43,607 nucleotides of DNA from Octopus bimaculoides (GCF_001194135.2 NC_068987.1:47165329-47208935), one strand, 5' to 3'; counted from the stretch's first letter, positions 23,706-36,492 are shown. A program made the numbers and translations. Notes: a model not told the origin generated them from the sequence alone.

Positions 23706-25529
23706 GTGTAAACGTATGTGTGTATATAGATATTAGATATGCATGTGTGTGAGAGTGTATGTGAATGATATTGTTGATTTATATCTATTCACATAAACAC
23801 ATGAGCAATACAACAAACTTATAAACATAAACAGACACATCAATTTGTACACACACTGGATGTATAATGAAATAGTCAAAAGGATTCCAAGCAAGAGATA
23901 ACATTGTGCCAGACAAGTGGAAGCCATAGGAGGAGCAGATAAACTTGCATATATTACAGAAACAAAAGCATTGAGTTTGAGATAGTAAAATGCTTTCTAG
24001 TTAGGGGCCTAAAAGAGTAGAATTCAAATCATTCTGTAGCTAATTCTGTCATTCATTCTTCAGAAATTTTTTTTTTTTTTTTTCATCATAATTGATTGCA
24101 GAAAGGGTGAGATGATGATCTATGGAGCAAAGAATTATTACATTGATGGGTACAGAGTGATTATTCAGGGTTTAATATTGCGTTCAAATTTTGGCACAAG
24201 GCCAGCAAGTTTGGGAGTGGGGTTAGGTCAATTACATCAACCCCAATGTTCAACTAGCACTTTATTTTTTCGACCCTGAAAGGATGAAAGGCAAAGTCAA
24301 CCTTGGTAGAATTTGAACTCAGAATATAAAGACATGAAATGCCACTAAGACTATCCTGTCTCTTTCTATATTTTATGATTACATTGTCTGTGTTCTTTTT
24401 CGATGATGTGATTCAAAAGGATTTGGCAGTTATTTCTAACAGATCAGGTGATTACAGTAAGACTCTTTCATTGGCTTATGGTAAGTCTGTTTGTTGTAGA
24501 TGATGGTACAGAGTTGGTCTAGAAGAGCAGAGGAAAATGCAGTGGTGGTAAAGGCAGAGAGAGGAGACTGCTCAGCACTGAGAAGGCAGTTATAGTGTGT
24601 GAGTAAAGGTTTGTCTAAACACTAGGTGGTGGTGGTGAAAGCAGCAGCAGTCGTCAGCTTCAACAAGTAGACCTATTATGATCAAACATATTTCAGTTAA
24701 CCATTCCAAGCTTTATTTCAAACACTATGGTATCTTGGACTACATTATGCAATGTAGCCCTTACTTTCCTAAATTTAAGGTCCATTTTCCATGCTGGCAT
24801 GAGTTGGACGTTTTGACAGGAGCTAAAACCAGAGGACTGTGCAGAGCTCTACTGGCTGCTTTGGCATGGTTTCTACAGCTAAATGCCCTTCCTAACACCA
24901 ACCAATTCACAGAGTGTACTAGGTGCTTTCTACATGACACCAACATTGATGGGAGTCACCAAGTAACTTCTTAAGTCAAATACCCCTCAACAAGGAAGAG
25001 CAGTGGTATTGAGAGAGGTGGCTTTGTTGATGACAGATTAAGTATAATGGGATAGAGATATATGTCTTGCCATAGAGGAGATGATGTTCCAAATACAGCT
25101 TTACTCTTGATACCAAAATGTCTAAGCCAGCCTCTGTTTTAAAATTATCTAAATTAAAACCTTCCATCAAAATGTCATGCAAAGTTCTAAACACCAGTAA
25201 AAAATGATAAAATTATTTTACTAAATTCTTCCTTATATAATTAAAAAAATTAACTGATATGAAGACAGTATATCTTAGTAGAAATATAGTAAGGAAAGGA
25301 TTGATAATGACAAGGCTATTTTGATAAATTCTTCATTATTTAAGAAAAAAATTGGAAGAAAATTAATAAAAAAAAAAAGAAGCAAAATATAATTAAATGT
25401 CTTTCTCTTTCCTTTTGATATCTGATCAATTTTCTCGGTAAAATCTGTTTGTTTTTTTGTAACACTTACACAGATTATATTGAACCACTGCCATCTGAGC
25501 CAACAAAAGAACCTGTATTTAGTCACTCA

Positions 25530-26085
25530 ACCTATTAAATCAAGCAGCTAAACTGTCCTCAAATCACAATTACTGTCTCAGAAAAAATACACTTTGAATA
25601 ATGTAACCTGCAGGTAAAAGACAGGATGGTCATATTGGGAATGCTTTTGGTCATAGGTCTGCTCAATTAGGACTGACCTGGGATTAAACTACAACAACCA
25701 TCCCCACAAATAACAATGAGCCAATAAGGAGCCTCCTCTACATGACCAGAAATAACTGCCAAATCTTTGTCAAATAAAACCTTATCTTACAAAACAAGAT
25801 ATGGATTATGCAATTTTAGATATATTAAAAAATTAAATAAAACAGTTATAGCTCAATCAGAGCTGATGTAGGGCAAAACAACAATTACCATCACCATCTA
25901 CTGGTGCCAGCCAAATCTAATCCAAATTACTCTCTACTATTTCAAAAGAGGAAGGATACATTAGATAATGTGGACCTAAGTGCACACTGCCTGAGAAATA
26001 CACAGTATGGTTATGGATGGAATGCCTTTAACCATAGATCTGCTCCATCAGAAGTAACTTAACTTGAAGCTAAAAACTACCAACA
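25530..26085. repeat. Three diverged tandem copies of a short dispersed repeat (GGTCAT...GAATGC..TT...CATAG.TCTGCTC)
   Basis: Shared blocks at ~25625-25690, ~25840-25885 and ~26010-26075; a related copy at ~21140-21350. Confidence 0.55.
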
Positions 26086-26269
26086 TCAGAAAATGAATGT
26101 AAAGACATACATACATACACACATACAGGTAGGTAGATGCAAATATATTGTTATAGGAAGAAAGGACTCCCAAGAAACATTGTGAAACTTGTCCAACCTA
26201 CATCAGCATAAAAATATAGACACAATTTTTATATATCTATCTATCTATCTATATATGGTGGTTATCTAC

Positions 26270-26510
26270 TCCTTACACAGAGTTTGACCACCTCCTGTAC
26301 CAACACACCTTAGCACCATCATGGCGTCTGATGTGGCTTTTTAAACCAGACAGTGTTTTGAAGAAACACCCACACAGATTGCACCTCTGATTTGCACTAC
26401 CAATACCTGCAGGTAAGTTCTGCTCATTGTGGATCCTAACATGTCTTTTAAGACCCCCAAGCTCTCTGTCACACACCACATTCAAACGTGTGCACAGAAT
26501 AGCTGATTAT
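26270..26510 (-). mobile_element. LINE 3' end fragment with C2H2 zinc fingers
   Basis: CNLCGCFFKTLSGLKSHIRRH and LKRHVRIH in ORF 26273-26485; abuts a SINE. Confidence 0.55.
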
Positions 26511-26873
26511 AGGTGCGAGAGTGACTGTGTGGTAAGTAGCTTGCTTACCAACCACATATTCTGGGTTCAGTCCCACTGCGTGACACCTTGGGCAAGTGCC
26601 TTCTACTATAGCCTTGGGCTAACCAAAGCCTTGTGAGTGGATTTATTAGACAGAAACTGGAAGAAGCCCATTGTATGTGTGTGTGTCCTCCACCATCGCT
26701 TGACAACCGATGTTGGTGTGTTTACATCCCCATAACTTAGTAGTTCGGCAAAAGAGACCAATAGAATAAGTACTAGGCTTACAAAGAATAAGTCCTGGGG
26801 TCAATTTGTTCAACTAAAGGCAGTGCTCCAACATGGCCACAGTCTAATGGCTGAAACAAATAAAGGAATAAAG

Positions 26874-26874
<1 letters not shown>
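26511..26874 (+). mobile_element. tRNA-derived SINE, second family
   Basis: A/B-box-like head (GTGTGGTAAGTAGC...GGGTTCAGTCCC), body and AATAAA-like tail. Related pieces at ~800-870, ~18500-18660 (-) and ~18855-19030. Confidence 0.85.
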
Positions 26875-26907
<33 letters not shown>

Positions 26908-26969
26908 TTATCACTAATAACGTGGTGTAGAACTCAATATACATATGTTTCAGAACAAAGTGTTAGACA

Positions 26970-27316
26970 CTCATCATCAACTTCATCATTTAACATCCGC
27001 TTTCCATGCTAGCATGGGTTGGACGATTTGACTGAGGACTGGTGAACCAGATGGCTACACCAGGCTCCAATCTGATTTGGCAGAGTTTCTACAGCTGGAT
27101 GCCCTTCCTAACGCCAACCACTCCGAGAGTGTAGTGGGTGCTTTTACATGCCACCAGCACAAAGGCCAGTCAGCATGGCAATGGCCATGCTTGAAATGGT
27201 GTATTTTACGTGCCACCTGCACAGGAGCCAGTCCAGCAGTACTGGCAATGAACTCGCTCGAATGTCTTTTCACGTGCCACTGGCACAAGTGCCAGGAAGG
27301 CGACGTTGGTAACGAT
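26970..27316 (-). mobile_element. Copy of the (GAT)n-tailed repeat family, cut by an N gap
   Basis: Near-identical to 1945-2260. Confidence 0.85.
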
Positions 27317-27700
27317 NNNNNNNNNNNNNNNNNNNNNNNNNNNNNNNNNNNNNNNNNNNNNNNNNNNNNNNNNNNNNNNNNNNNNNNNNNNNNNNNNNNN
27401 NNNNNNNNNNNNNNNNNNNNNNNNNNNNNNNNNNNNNNNNNNNNNNNNNNNNNNNNNNNNNNNNNNNNNNNNNNNNNNNNNNNNNNNNNNNNNNNNNNNN
27501 NNNNNNNNNNNNNNNNNNNNNNNNNNNNNNNNNNNNNNNNNNNNNNNNNNNNNNNNNNNNNNNNNNNNNNNNNNNNNNNNNNNNNNNNNNNNNNNNNNNN
27601 NNNNNNNNNNNNNNNNNNNNNNNNNNNNNNNNNNNNNNNNNNNNNNNNNNNNNNNNNNNNNNNNNNNNNNNNNNNNNNNNNNNNNNNNNNNNNNNNNNNN

Positions 27701-27746
<46 letters not shown>

Positions 27747-29035
27747 ATGTGTGTGTGTGTGTGTGTGTATTATAGGGAGAGAGGAGGGAATAATTATAAT
27801 CCTGGCTATCACCTCATCATGCAGGACTGTGATTAATTTAGTCTTCCAAAATCAAAAGGAGATCCATAAGACACTGATTGCTACTGAAGGGAGCACTATG
27901 CAACTCCAAGGTGAGATCCCGTAAGCTCAATATAAGCCCCGCAGAATGAATAATATATGGAAACATATAATAATATTCCTATAATCCATTCACTTCACTG
28001 GACATCATGATTTGAAGGCATGATCGACCTAATGCATATTTTGGGATGAATTCATTTGGGTATGTTTACAATATGTAAACAGACCAAACACTTATAACTT
28101 TCACTTGATATCTCCTGTAAGATCTAAGACAATCATAATAAAAAGGAAAAGAAGTAAACCAAAATAAAGTCAGTTGAAATTTATCATATAGATCAAAGCA
28201 TTTCCCAAAGAATAACAATTAGCCATTCAATGACTTTTATGACAACACAAACAGTTGGATTAAGGAGACCAGTAAAAGAATGTCTACATTATGACCTCAC
28301 CCATCCCATTTCTCATACATTCACACTGAAAGCACATACTCATCTACATAAATACACACACCAACATGAATTAGTTTCCACATACTCACATACACCTAAT
28401 TACAATTCCAAGATAGCAGCACACATTAGAAAGGCACATGTACACCAGTATACAAAGATAAAAACTTACATTTTCATACACACATGTACACATACACACA
28501 CATACATAAACATGTATATGCATACATACATGTATGCCATATTCATCAAATGCAAAGCAAATACATGTTTATACATACAATGATTTGCCTCCAGAAACAT
28601 GCACACACACATGCGCACAAAGATCAGTCAATACCCATACCTCCACATACATATACACACACAAGTACATATAAACATACATACATAAACACACATATAT
28701 GTCTGCAAACATATACACATAACTACATACAAGCATACACAAACATAACACAAACAAATATGAATGGGTTACTACTTCTCACATACACCTAATTACAATG
28801 CCAAGATAGCTGCACACATTTTCTACATATAGGCATACACACATAGATATAAATATATAAAGAAAAAAAAAATACATGTTCACATAGAGACACACACATA
28901 TAGAGAGATGTTAATAAAAATAATTGTTTACAAGATAACATATATACACATGTACACACACACAGAATCATACAATAGAAGTCAAACATGAAATTATATA
29001 AAACAATGTTAATACAAAGAATTCATTCCAAATGT

Positions 29036-29416
29036 TGTTGACACTCCGTTGGTTACGACGACGAGGGTTCCAGTTGATCCCATCAACAGAACAGCCTGCT
29101 CGTGAAATTAATGTGCAAGTGGGTGAGCACTCCACAGACACATGTACCCTTAACGTGGTTCTCGAGGAGATTCAGCATGACACAGTGTGACAAGGCTGGC
29201 CCTTTGAAATACAGGTACAACAGAAACAGGAAGAAAGAGTGAGAGAAAGTTGTGGTGAAAGAGTACAGCAGGGTTCACCACCATCCCCTGCCGGAGCCTC
29301 GTGGATTTTAGATGTTTTCGCTCAATAAACACTCACAATGCCCGGTCTGAGAATCGAAACCACGATCCTACGACAGCGAGTCCACTGCCCTAACCACTGG
29401 GCCATTGCGCCTCCAC
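29036..29416 (-). mobile_element. Full-length tRNA-derived SINE with 12-bp TSD
   Basis: Head TGGAGGCGCAATGGCCCAGTGGTTAGG (A box) and GGTTTCGATTC (B box); (AAC)n tail; CATTCCAAATGT at 29024-29035 and 29417-29428. Older relatives at ~9705-9940 and ~19985-20105. Confidence 0.9.
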
Positions 29417-30879
29417 CATTCCAAATGTATACATACACATATGTACACACATGTGCATCTATCTATCTAACTATTTATCCGTCTTCCTATTCATCTATCT
29501 AACTATAGGTCTTTCCATCTACATATTTATATATCTACTTATCCATTAGTGTACCTATGTATCTATCCAGCTAACTAACCAGCACATACATATTTATAAT
29601 ATATGTGTGTACATTTATAGTTAGACATAAACAAATACATATACATAAACACACACAGAGATCCACATTCCCACAGCTAAATATATATATATTTTATATT
29701 AGCAGTAGTGACTAATTCTAGCATAGAATTATTAACAGTTTAGAAAATAATGAAAAAAGAAGTAATACATAACAGTATTATGTGTTTATAAGGAAATGAC
29801 AAATAACTAGGTAGACAGCAGTATCTAGATCGGGTGTAGTTATTAGTATCAGATAATGATAAAGATAAAAGAGTATTACTGATATCTAGTGATAGATATA
29901 CACTTATAAAATATAGAATATAACTATACATCTTGAAATATAAAAAAATAAAAAAATTTTATAGAAGGTACATCAAAATAAAAAAATACATAAAAAAATA
30001 TAGAATAGAAAATAAGGTAAAAGTGAATGTAAAGAATACCGTAAATATATGATGCCATAAATAAAGAGAAAAGTAAAAGATAATTAAGAAATTTCAAATT
30101 GAAAGAAAATCTTAGCCAATAATCAGGAATGTAGTCTTGGTCAAAAGTATTGTATGGAAATATTGTTTTTATGAGATGAAGTATAACATGTAAAAAAAAA
30201 TTATAGAAGTATAGTTGAAAAGACAATCCACAATCTAAAGAAAACATATAAAGAATATGAGACCAAAAGTAAAGGAGATAAAGAAAAAGTATAATGTAAA
30301 AAAGCAAAAACAGAATGCAACATAAATAACGGACAGAGTCAAGACTATTGAAAAGGTTGCAAAACGCAACGAAAATTTTAGGAAAATAAAAATAAGAAAT
30401 AAGTGGAAATTTTAATGGTGAGTGTGTTAAATTTTAAGGCACAAAAAGAAAATGACTCTCCCCGGACACAACAGAATAATGTAAGAAGATAATTGAGAAA
30501 TTGCAATCCAAAGAGAACGCAAGTTATGGCCCAATATGTAATCTTTAATCAAAGAAAAGCACAGCCCACGGTCTGAGATGTAACTGTAGCTAATATGTGT
30601 TATAAAGAAAAGCTTTCCTCATGATATCCAGGCACCTTACAATAACCTCATGAACTTTATTAACAGTTCATTTATTTGCAGTTCATAATAGTGAGTACCT
30701 GCTATAGTAGTAGTACCTGCCACTGGTATAAAGCATTGTACATCTGACAATAAATTAGTAAATTGAGTAATTTTTTGCCTTACCATTTAAGCTCCCATAT
30801 TAGTTTGGATAATGAAGTGAAATCAGCTTAGCTTTCAGTCTGAAAATTATATAAATGATTTCATAGTTTGGCTTTAAAA

Positions 30880-31601
30880 TTATTGGAGCTGCTTTTCCCA
30901 TAGTGAGGACAAAATATTTATAAACATTATCAATGCGACACCTATTTTGTAGGGGACATTCAGTCAGTCTTCTACAATTACACATCTTTCTCCCTTGTAG
31001 GGCTATTCCCCCTAGGACTACTGCCATTGTCAAAACTGGGAGATGGGTTACTATTACTTGCACGAATACCACAGCTATTGATATCATTATTCCTTACATT
31101 TTCATTACAACCAAGTTTATTGATACTATTATTGAGAAGTATTATAAGATAACAAATAAAAATACACTTAAGAAGTATTATAAGATAACAAATAAAAATA
31201 CACTTAAGAAGGCAAATATGGAAACCAAAGAGATAATGGAAAAATACAACCTAGCAGATAGAACAGAACCTATGATACCAAAAGAACCGAGATTCATTCT
31301 TAAAGATCACAAAGTGAATTTTTGGACACAACCATCTTTAAGACTCATCTGCCTGACAAAATCGGACATAGGGATACTGAGTAAAAATATTATAAATAAG
31401 TACATAACTATTATAGTGGATAAGTTGAAATTAAATTTGTGGTCAAATACAGACCAAGTCATCGGGTGGTTTAATTCTATTGAAGACAAGAAAAATACTA
31501 AATTCATTCAATTTGATATAGCTAATTTTTATACATCCATTTACCCAATCGTATTGAATAAGGCACTATGGTTTTTTTCATAATAAGGCAGGGCTTACTA
31601 G
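30880..31601. mobile_element. Penelope-like element fragments: RT N-terminal part (+, ~31150-31601) next to an inverted GIY-YIG piece (-, ~30880-31030)
   Basis: LKDHKVNF...RLI...KSDIG..SK...W.NT..VI.WF...KFIQFDIANFYTSI on +; CNCRRLTECPLQNRCRIDNVYK on -. Confidence 0.85.
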
Positions 31602-31813
31602 NNNNNNNNNNNNNNNNNNNNNNNNNNNNNNNNNNNNNNNNNNNNNNNNNNNNNNNNNNNNNNNNNNNNNNNNNNNNNNNNNNNNNNNNNNNNNNNNNNN
31701 NTATATATATATATATATATATATGTAAACACAGACTGCGTGTAAAGGGGATACATATGCCTAGGTTTCCCTTCCATTCATTGCACATATAAATATTCAT
31801 AAAAAGCACTTAC

Positions 31814-31955
31814 AATCGTAACAGTTTTCATTGCCACAGTATAAGCCTTCGATGTATGCGCTGGCAACAGAGAAGCTACATAACAAAAGTATCCAAATGC
31901 TAGTAGAATATTGGCAGTTCCGATGCGAGCTATTAAAGCCGGCAGCCGCTGCCAT
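31814..31955 (-). CDS. DNAJC25: DnaJ homolog subfamily C member 25, coding exon 1 (MAAAAGFNSSHRNCQYSTSIWILLLCSFSVASAYIEGLYCGNENCYD; signal/TM segment and start of J-domain)
   Basis: ATG in acaacATGg context. EGLYCG-x-NCYD matches the DNAJC25 N-terminus (human EGLYCGTRDCYE, from memory). Donor T|GTAAGT. 142 nt, ends phase 1. Confidence 0.93.
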
Positions 31956-32010
31956 GTTGTCACTGAGCAACGTCAAGACAGCCTCGATCTGGTCGCACCC
32001 ACAACACACA

Positions 32011-32018
32011 ACTTCCGG
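32011..32018 (-). promoter_or_regulatory. ETS/GABP-type motif (CCGGAAGT) in the DNAJC25 proximal promoter or 5' UTR
   Basis: Exact ACTTCCGG about 56 bp upstream of the ATG in a CpG-containing island-like patch. Function is inferred. Confidence 0.5.
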
Positions 32019-33584
32019 TTGTCCTGACAAGTTTCCTTTTGCCGATGTGTCTAATAAACATTAGAACGAACAAGGAAATCAACGTATGTATGTATGTACA
32101 CAGACAGACAGACAGACACATGCATACATATATATATACACACACCCATGCATACATATATATACATACACTAACAGAAATTGGTTTGTGTGTGTGTACC
32201 AAGGACTTAGTATTTCTTATTCTATTATATATATAGGTGTCTGTGTGTGTGTGTGTATTGTAGAATAAGATTGGTACAATATTACATATTTGGAAAAAAT
32301 GAATAGAAATGGCTTTTCTGATCATTTTTTCCACCTTAATAATTAGATGTTTACAAAACGTGAATCTGGTGGAGTTTCTCGCTTGAAAACCGAGAGAAGC
32401 ACAATCACTGTCACTGTTTTTGTAAACATCTAATTATTAGAGAGGAAAAATGATCAGAAAAGCCATTTCTATTTATCTTATTAAATACACACACACACTC
32501 ACACACTTATATAAATATACATGTATATACAGAAAGTGATATGTTTTTAAATTGATATATATATATGTGTGTGTGTACGTTTAGCACGTTTTTTTTTTGT
32601 TTTGTTTTTTCTTCTGCATTTACTCTTTTGTATCTTTATTTTCTCTCCTTAATTTTTCTAGAATGCCTTTGATTTCAGATTTGCCATCCTGGCAAATTGT
32701 GCTTTTTTTTTTTTTTTTTAAATCATTATCTTTTTTACTTTACCTTATTCTCTTTCTCTCTCTCTTTCTTTCTCCTCTCTGTATGTATATTTTCTCTCAT
32801 CTCAATCTCTCTGTCTCTTTCTACCTATTCACACACTTTCTTTTCAAAAAGTATTTAATCACCCCTTAATTAAGTTCAGTTTTAACAACAATGATATAAC
32901 CAATTACATGCATAAACCAAGAGAATAAAATATTTATAGTCGATAGTCCATGACAAGCCAGAATTGGCGACAAGGGTTCAAGAAGCCCTTGTACTTTTTT
33001 TTTGTTTTTTTTTTTCGTACTTGGTTCTTTTCTTTCTGAAATAATTCAATAGCAACAATACAACAATGTTTCTAACTTGGATACAACGCCAGCAGTTTTG
33101 GAGGAAGGCGTTAAACCATCGGCGCGATACTCCACTGGAATCTTATTTTATTGACAACAGAAACATGAACAACAAAGTTGACCTTGGTGGGTTTTGAACT
33201 CAGAACGTATAGAGTCTGAAGAAATGCCACGATGCATTTTCCCAACGCTTTAATGATTCTGCTAGCTTACCACCTTATTGATTTTTGGTTTAGATAGAAG
33301 GCCAGCTGTTTTAAGGAGAGGAGAATTAGTCGCTGCCCATCGACAACAGTATTTGACTGGTATTTTATTTTACTTACACCAAAAGGATAAAAGGCAAAGT
33401 TGATCTCGGTGGGACTTGAAATCAGAAAGTAAAGAACCGGGTCATCCACCGAAACTCTAACCACTCTGCCGAGTGGGGTTACAAAAGCGTGCGAGGTCGG
33501 ATAAGATAAAGTATAAAATGAAAAGAAAAAATTGCAGCAAGAATATTCAACAATCAACTTATGTCGCGATTTGCTGGAATGTTG

Positions 33585-33662
33585 CCCACGTGATCAGCGA
33601 ATATGACTAATCGGGATCATGAAAGAATATTACCCACGTGATCAACAAAATGTAGCCAATCA
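33585..33662. promoter_or_regulatory. Two CCCACGTGATCA E-boxes plus an AGCCAATCA CCAAT box
   Basis: Identical 12-mers at 33585-33596 and 33633-33644; CCAAT at 33656-33660. Confidence 0.4.
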
Positions 33663-33912
33663 TAACTTTATGTGGAATAGGCTCCAGCGGCCAAAACAAT
33701 ATTTGGTGCGCTCATTTCTGAGTTTCTCAGTTGGTATCAAATGACACACACGCACACACACACGACTACGACCCAGAGTGCTTGAGACGACAAGGCAGAT
33801 GGATTGTGAACAAGAAATAAAAGTTTTTTCGTAAAAATCTCAACAAATGTTATCCTTTATCTCTAGTCAGTTCCCACTATCAGCAGTCATATACAGCTCC
33901 TAGCATCTAGCC

Positions 33913-36492
33913 CAGTGGTTCACGGCGTACCTTACAAGTAGTCAAAATATTTTGGCGCACTTTGTACATAAATTCTAAAATTTATTCAAAAAGGTTTTTA
34001 TATATATTAGTATAGCATAAACTATAAAGTAATGTATAGATAATTAATAATACAGAAAAAGTGAACGTACTTTACTCTTTATTCAATATTTGAAGCAAAG
34101 TTATCAATAAAAAACATGCGCTTGATGTTTTTTGGAAAGGTTTTCAATATTGGGACTTATTTGAGAAAGACAAACCCTTAGTTCCTCTTCGACGCAACGG
34201 AGTCTCTCTCTTTTCTTTTTTTTTTTTTTTGTGGGGGTGATGTTATTGAGGGTTGAAAATCCCAACCCACATAAATACGATGTGGAAGACTGCATCAAAA
34301 CGGATAAAGCTTTTTTTGCTACTGAAGAGTATTCTCCAAAATATATCAATAGGTAACTCAGCATACTTGATTTTTAAGTCTGCGATCATTGGATATAGAT
34401 GTTAATTCCCCTTCTTCACATATTTTCAGACCAATATTAGATGGAATTTTACGAAGGGATTTCGAACTCAATCATACTCTTCTGTGTTCAATGACGGAAA
34501 ATATAAGTTTATGTTTATTTCCAGATCTGTCGAATGATCAAATACAATAGGAGTCATTTCTTTTATGCAGCTTTTAAGAGAAACATTTCGTAGTTTACCA
34601 CCACCAGCTCTATTTTTCCAAATGAAACCAGTTTATCTGTCGAAGTGAGAATGTTTTCATTTCTACTTTGCATAATTGTGTTGACGCTATTAAGTTGTGC
34701 AAATATCTCTGTTAAATATTCCAGCTTGGAAACTCAAAATTCACATTGTAGATATTCCAAAAGACGTTCATGTTTTACTTCTTTAAAAAAATGCAAGCAA
34801 TTCTTCTGGAGTTCATGTATGAGACGTAGCACCTTACCTTTTGAGAGTCATCTGACTTTTGTGTGTAAAAGTATGTACTTGTGCTGTGAAACCATATCAA
34901 TACAAATTTGTTCAAATAAGCAACCCTTCAACGGTCTACTTTTAATATAATTAACCATTTCAACAACTTGCTTTAACTCAACTGGTATTATTTTTTAGAT
35001 TAGTACTTCCCTATGTAGGAAGCAATGAGTACGTATAACATTAGGATTTCGCTGTTGTATGAGCGATACAAAACCTTTAATAGAGCATATCATAGATGGT
35101 GCCCCATCGGTACATATTCCAACACGTGAATTCCAGGATAAATTCCATTTTTTGAGGTAGGCAGATAAAATGTCAAAAATATCTTGACTTCTTGTAGTGA
35201 GTGGCATTTCTTCGCAACAAAAGAACTGATTTATGATTTGGTTGCCACCAATAAAGCGAATAAATGTAAGAAATTGTGCTTTGTTGTTAATGCCAGTTGA
35301 TTCGTCAACCTGTAGAGCAAATTCTGAGTTCTGAAGTTTGTTCTGTACATTTTCCTCTATATCAGCAGATAAATCCATAATTCTCCTCTGGATTGTATTA
35401 TTTGAGAGCGGAATCTTGCTTATTTCTTGCTCGGCTTCATCACGTAACATGGTTTTAACCATCTTTCTACAAGCGGGTAAGATAATCGACTCGGTTAAAG
35501 TATGCGATTTCGTTTGTAGTGCAATCATTTCGGCTATCTCAATAGACGCGACTTGAGCCTTTTCAGATGCATTCATCCTTTTTTCAAAATAGTTTCTTTG
35601 TTTAGATTGCTGTTCTAGCAGTCTTTGGAATTAATTCAGATCTTTACATTGAAGATGTGAGTGTTTGGTTCTAAAATGTCTTTTCAACTTGCTGGCTAAC
35701 TTGCCTTCGTTAGACATCTTTTCACCACAAACAACACACAACGGAAGAGGTTGATCCTCGTTGCCAGCTCAATGAAACCCAAACTTTAAATAGCTATTGC
35801 AATATTTACGATTGGATCAAGCTTTCGCATTATTACTATGCTTAGTTGTTTTCAGATTCATAATCGTCACGGTTGTTTCCTCTTAATATACTTTTCGATT
35901 TTATGGGTAATTTAGTCTGTTTTATGGGTAATTGTCTCGCACAAAGAGCACAGATCACTAACAGAGTCAAACTGCGACTGAGACAAGTGGCCAGTGAGCT
36001 GTGAAAAGTGACAGCGTGTCACATGTTATCGGACTCTTTTGAGAAGACTTTCAAAATTAATTGAAAAGATGAAAATTCTCGCCACTATATGAATGAAAAA
36101 AAAAATGAAATACAGCCTTAGTTCAACATCGTATATTTTAGTTCAGTAGTTTATTTTTCACATTTATTATTGAAATGAAAACTGCTGAAACAGTCGTGCA
36201 CTGAATATGTCCATAAGACGTCAATTTCGAGGATAGATTGATGCTAATTTAGTTCTTATCCTTATGAAATTTCAGATTCAAAATTGAATAATACTGTCAT
36301 ACCATAATTAGCCTAAATGAATTGAATGACACAACCACCTCTCTTCCTTAGTTTAGAACTTAATAATTAGTTGGGGTGGGGGGTTGCTACTTTAACATTC
36401 ATATATGAATTTTCTAGTGAATTTCGGTTTGTATTTTTCATATTTTGAAATATAATCTTACTTTTTCGCGGCGCACGGTTTGGGAACCACTG
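33913..36492 (-). mobile_element. hAT DNA transposon, Buster/Charlie type, decayed near-full-length transposase
   Basis: BED finger (PLCVVCGEKMSN...KLKRHFRTKH), core (FALQVDEST, CTDGAPSM, HCFLHRE), C-terminus (STSYLCGLGFS...EELRVCLSQISPNI). CAGTGGTTC inverted termini. Flanks atctagcc/gtctcacc match at 5 of 8. Confidence 0.9.

Noticed and set aside
29330-29416. tRNA-like sequences with A and B boxes
   Set aside because: They are SINE heads continuous with body, tail and TSD, not tRNA genes.
30784-30839. 56-nt AG/GT-bounded segment with the right phase for the missing exon 2
   Set aside because: Stops in all three frames (TAC TGA after exon 1) and no LGV homology; a poison exon cannot be supported without reads.
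33799-33834. Short ATG ORF (MDCEQEIKVFS*) after the E-box/CCAAT module
   Set aside because: No convincing donor site and no downstream plus-strand exons recognised.
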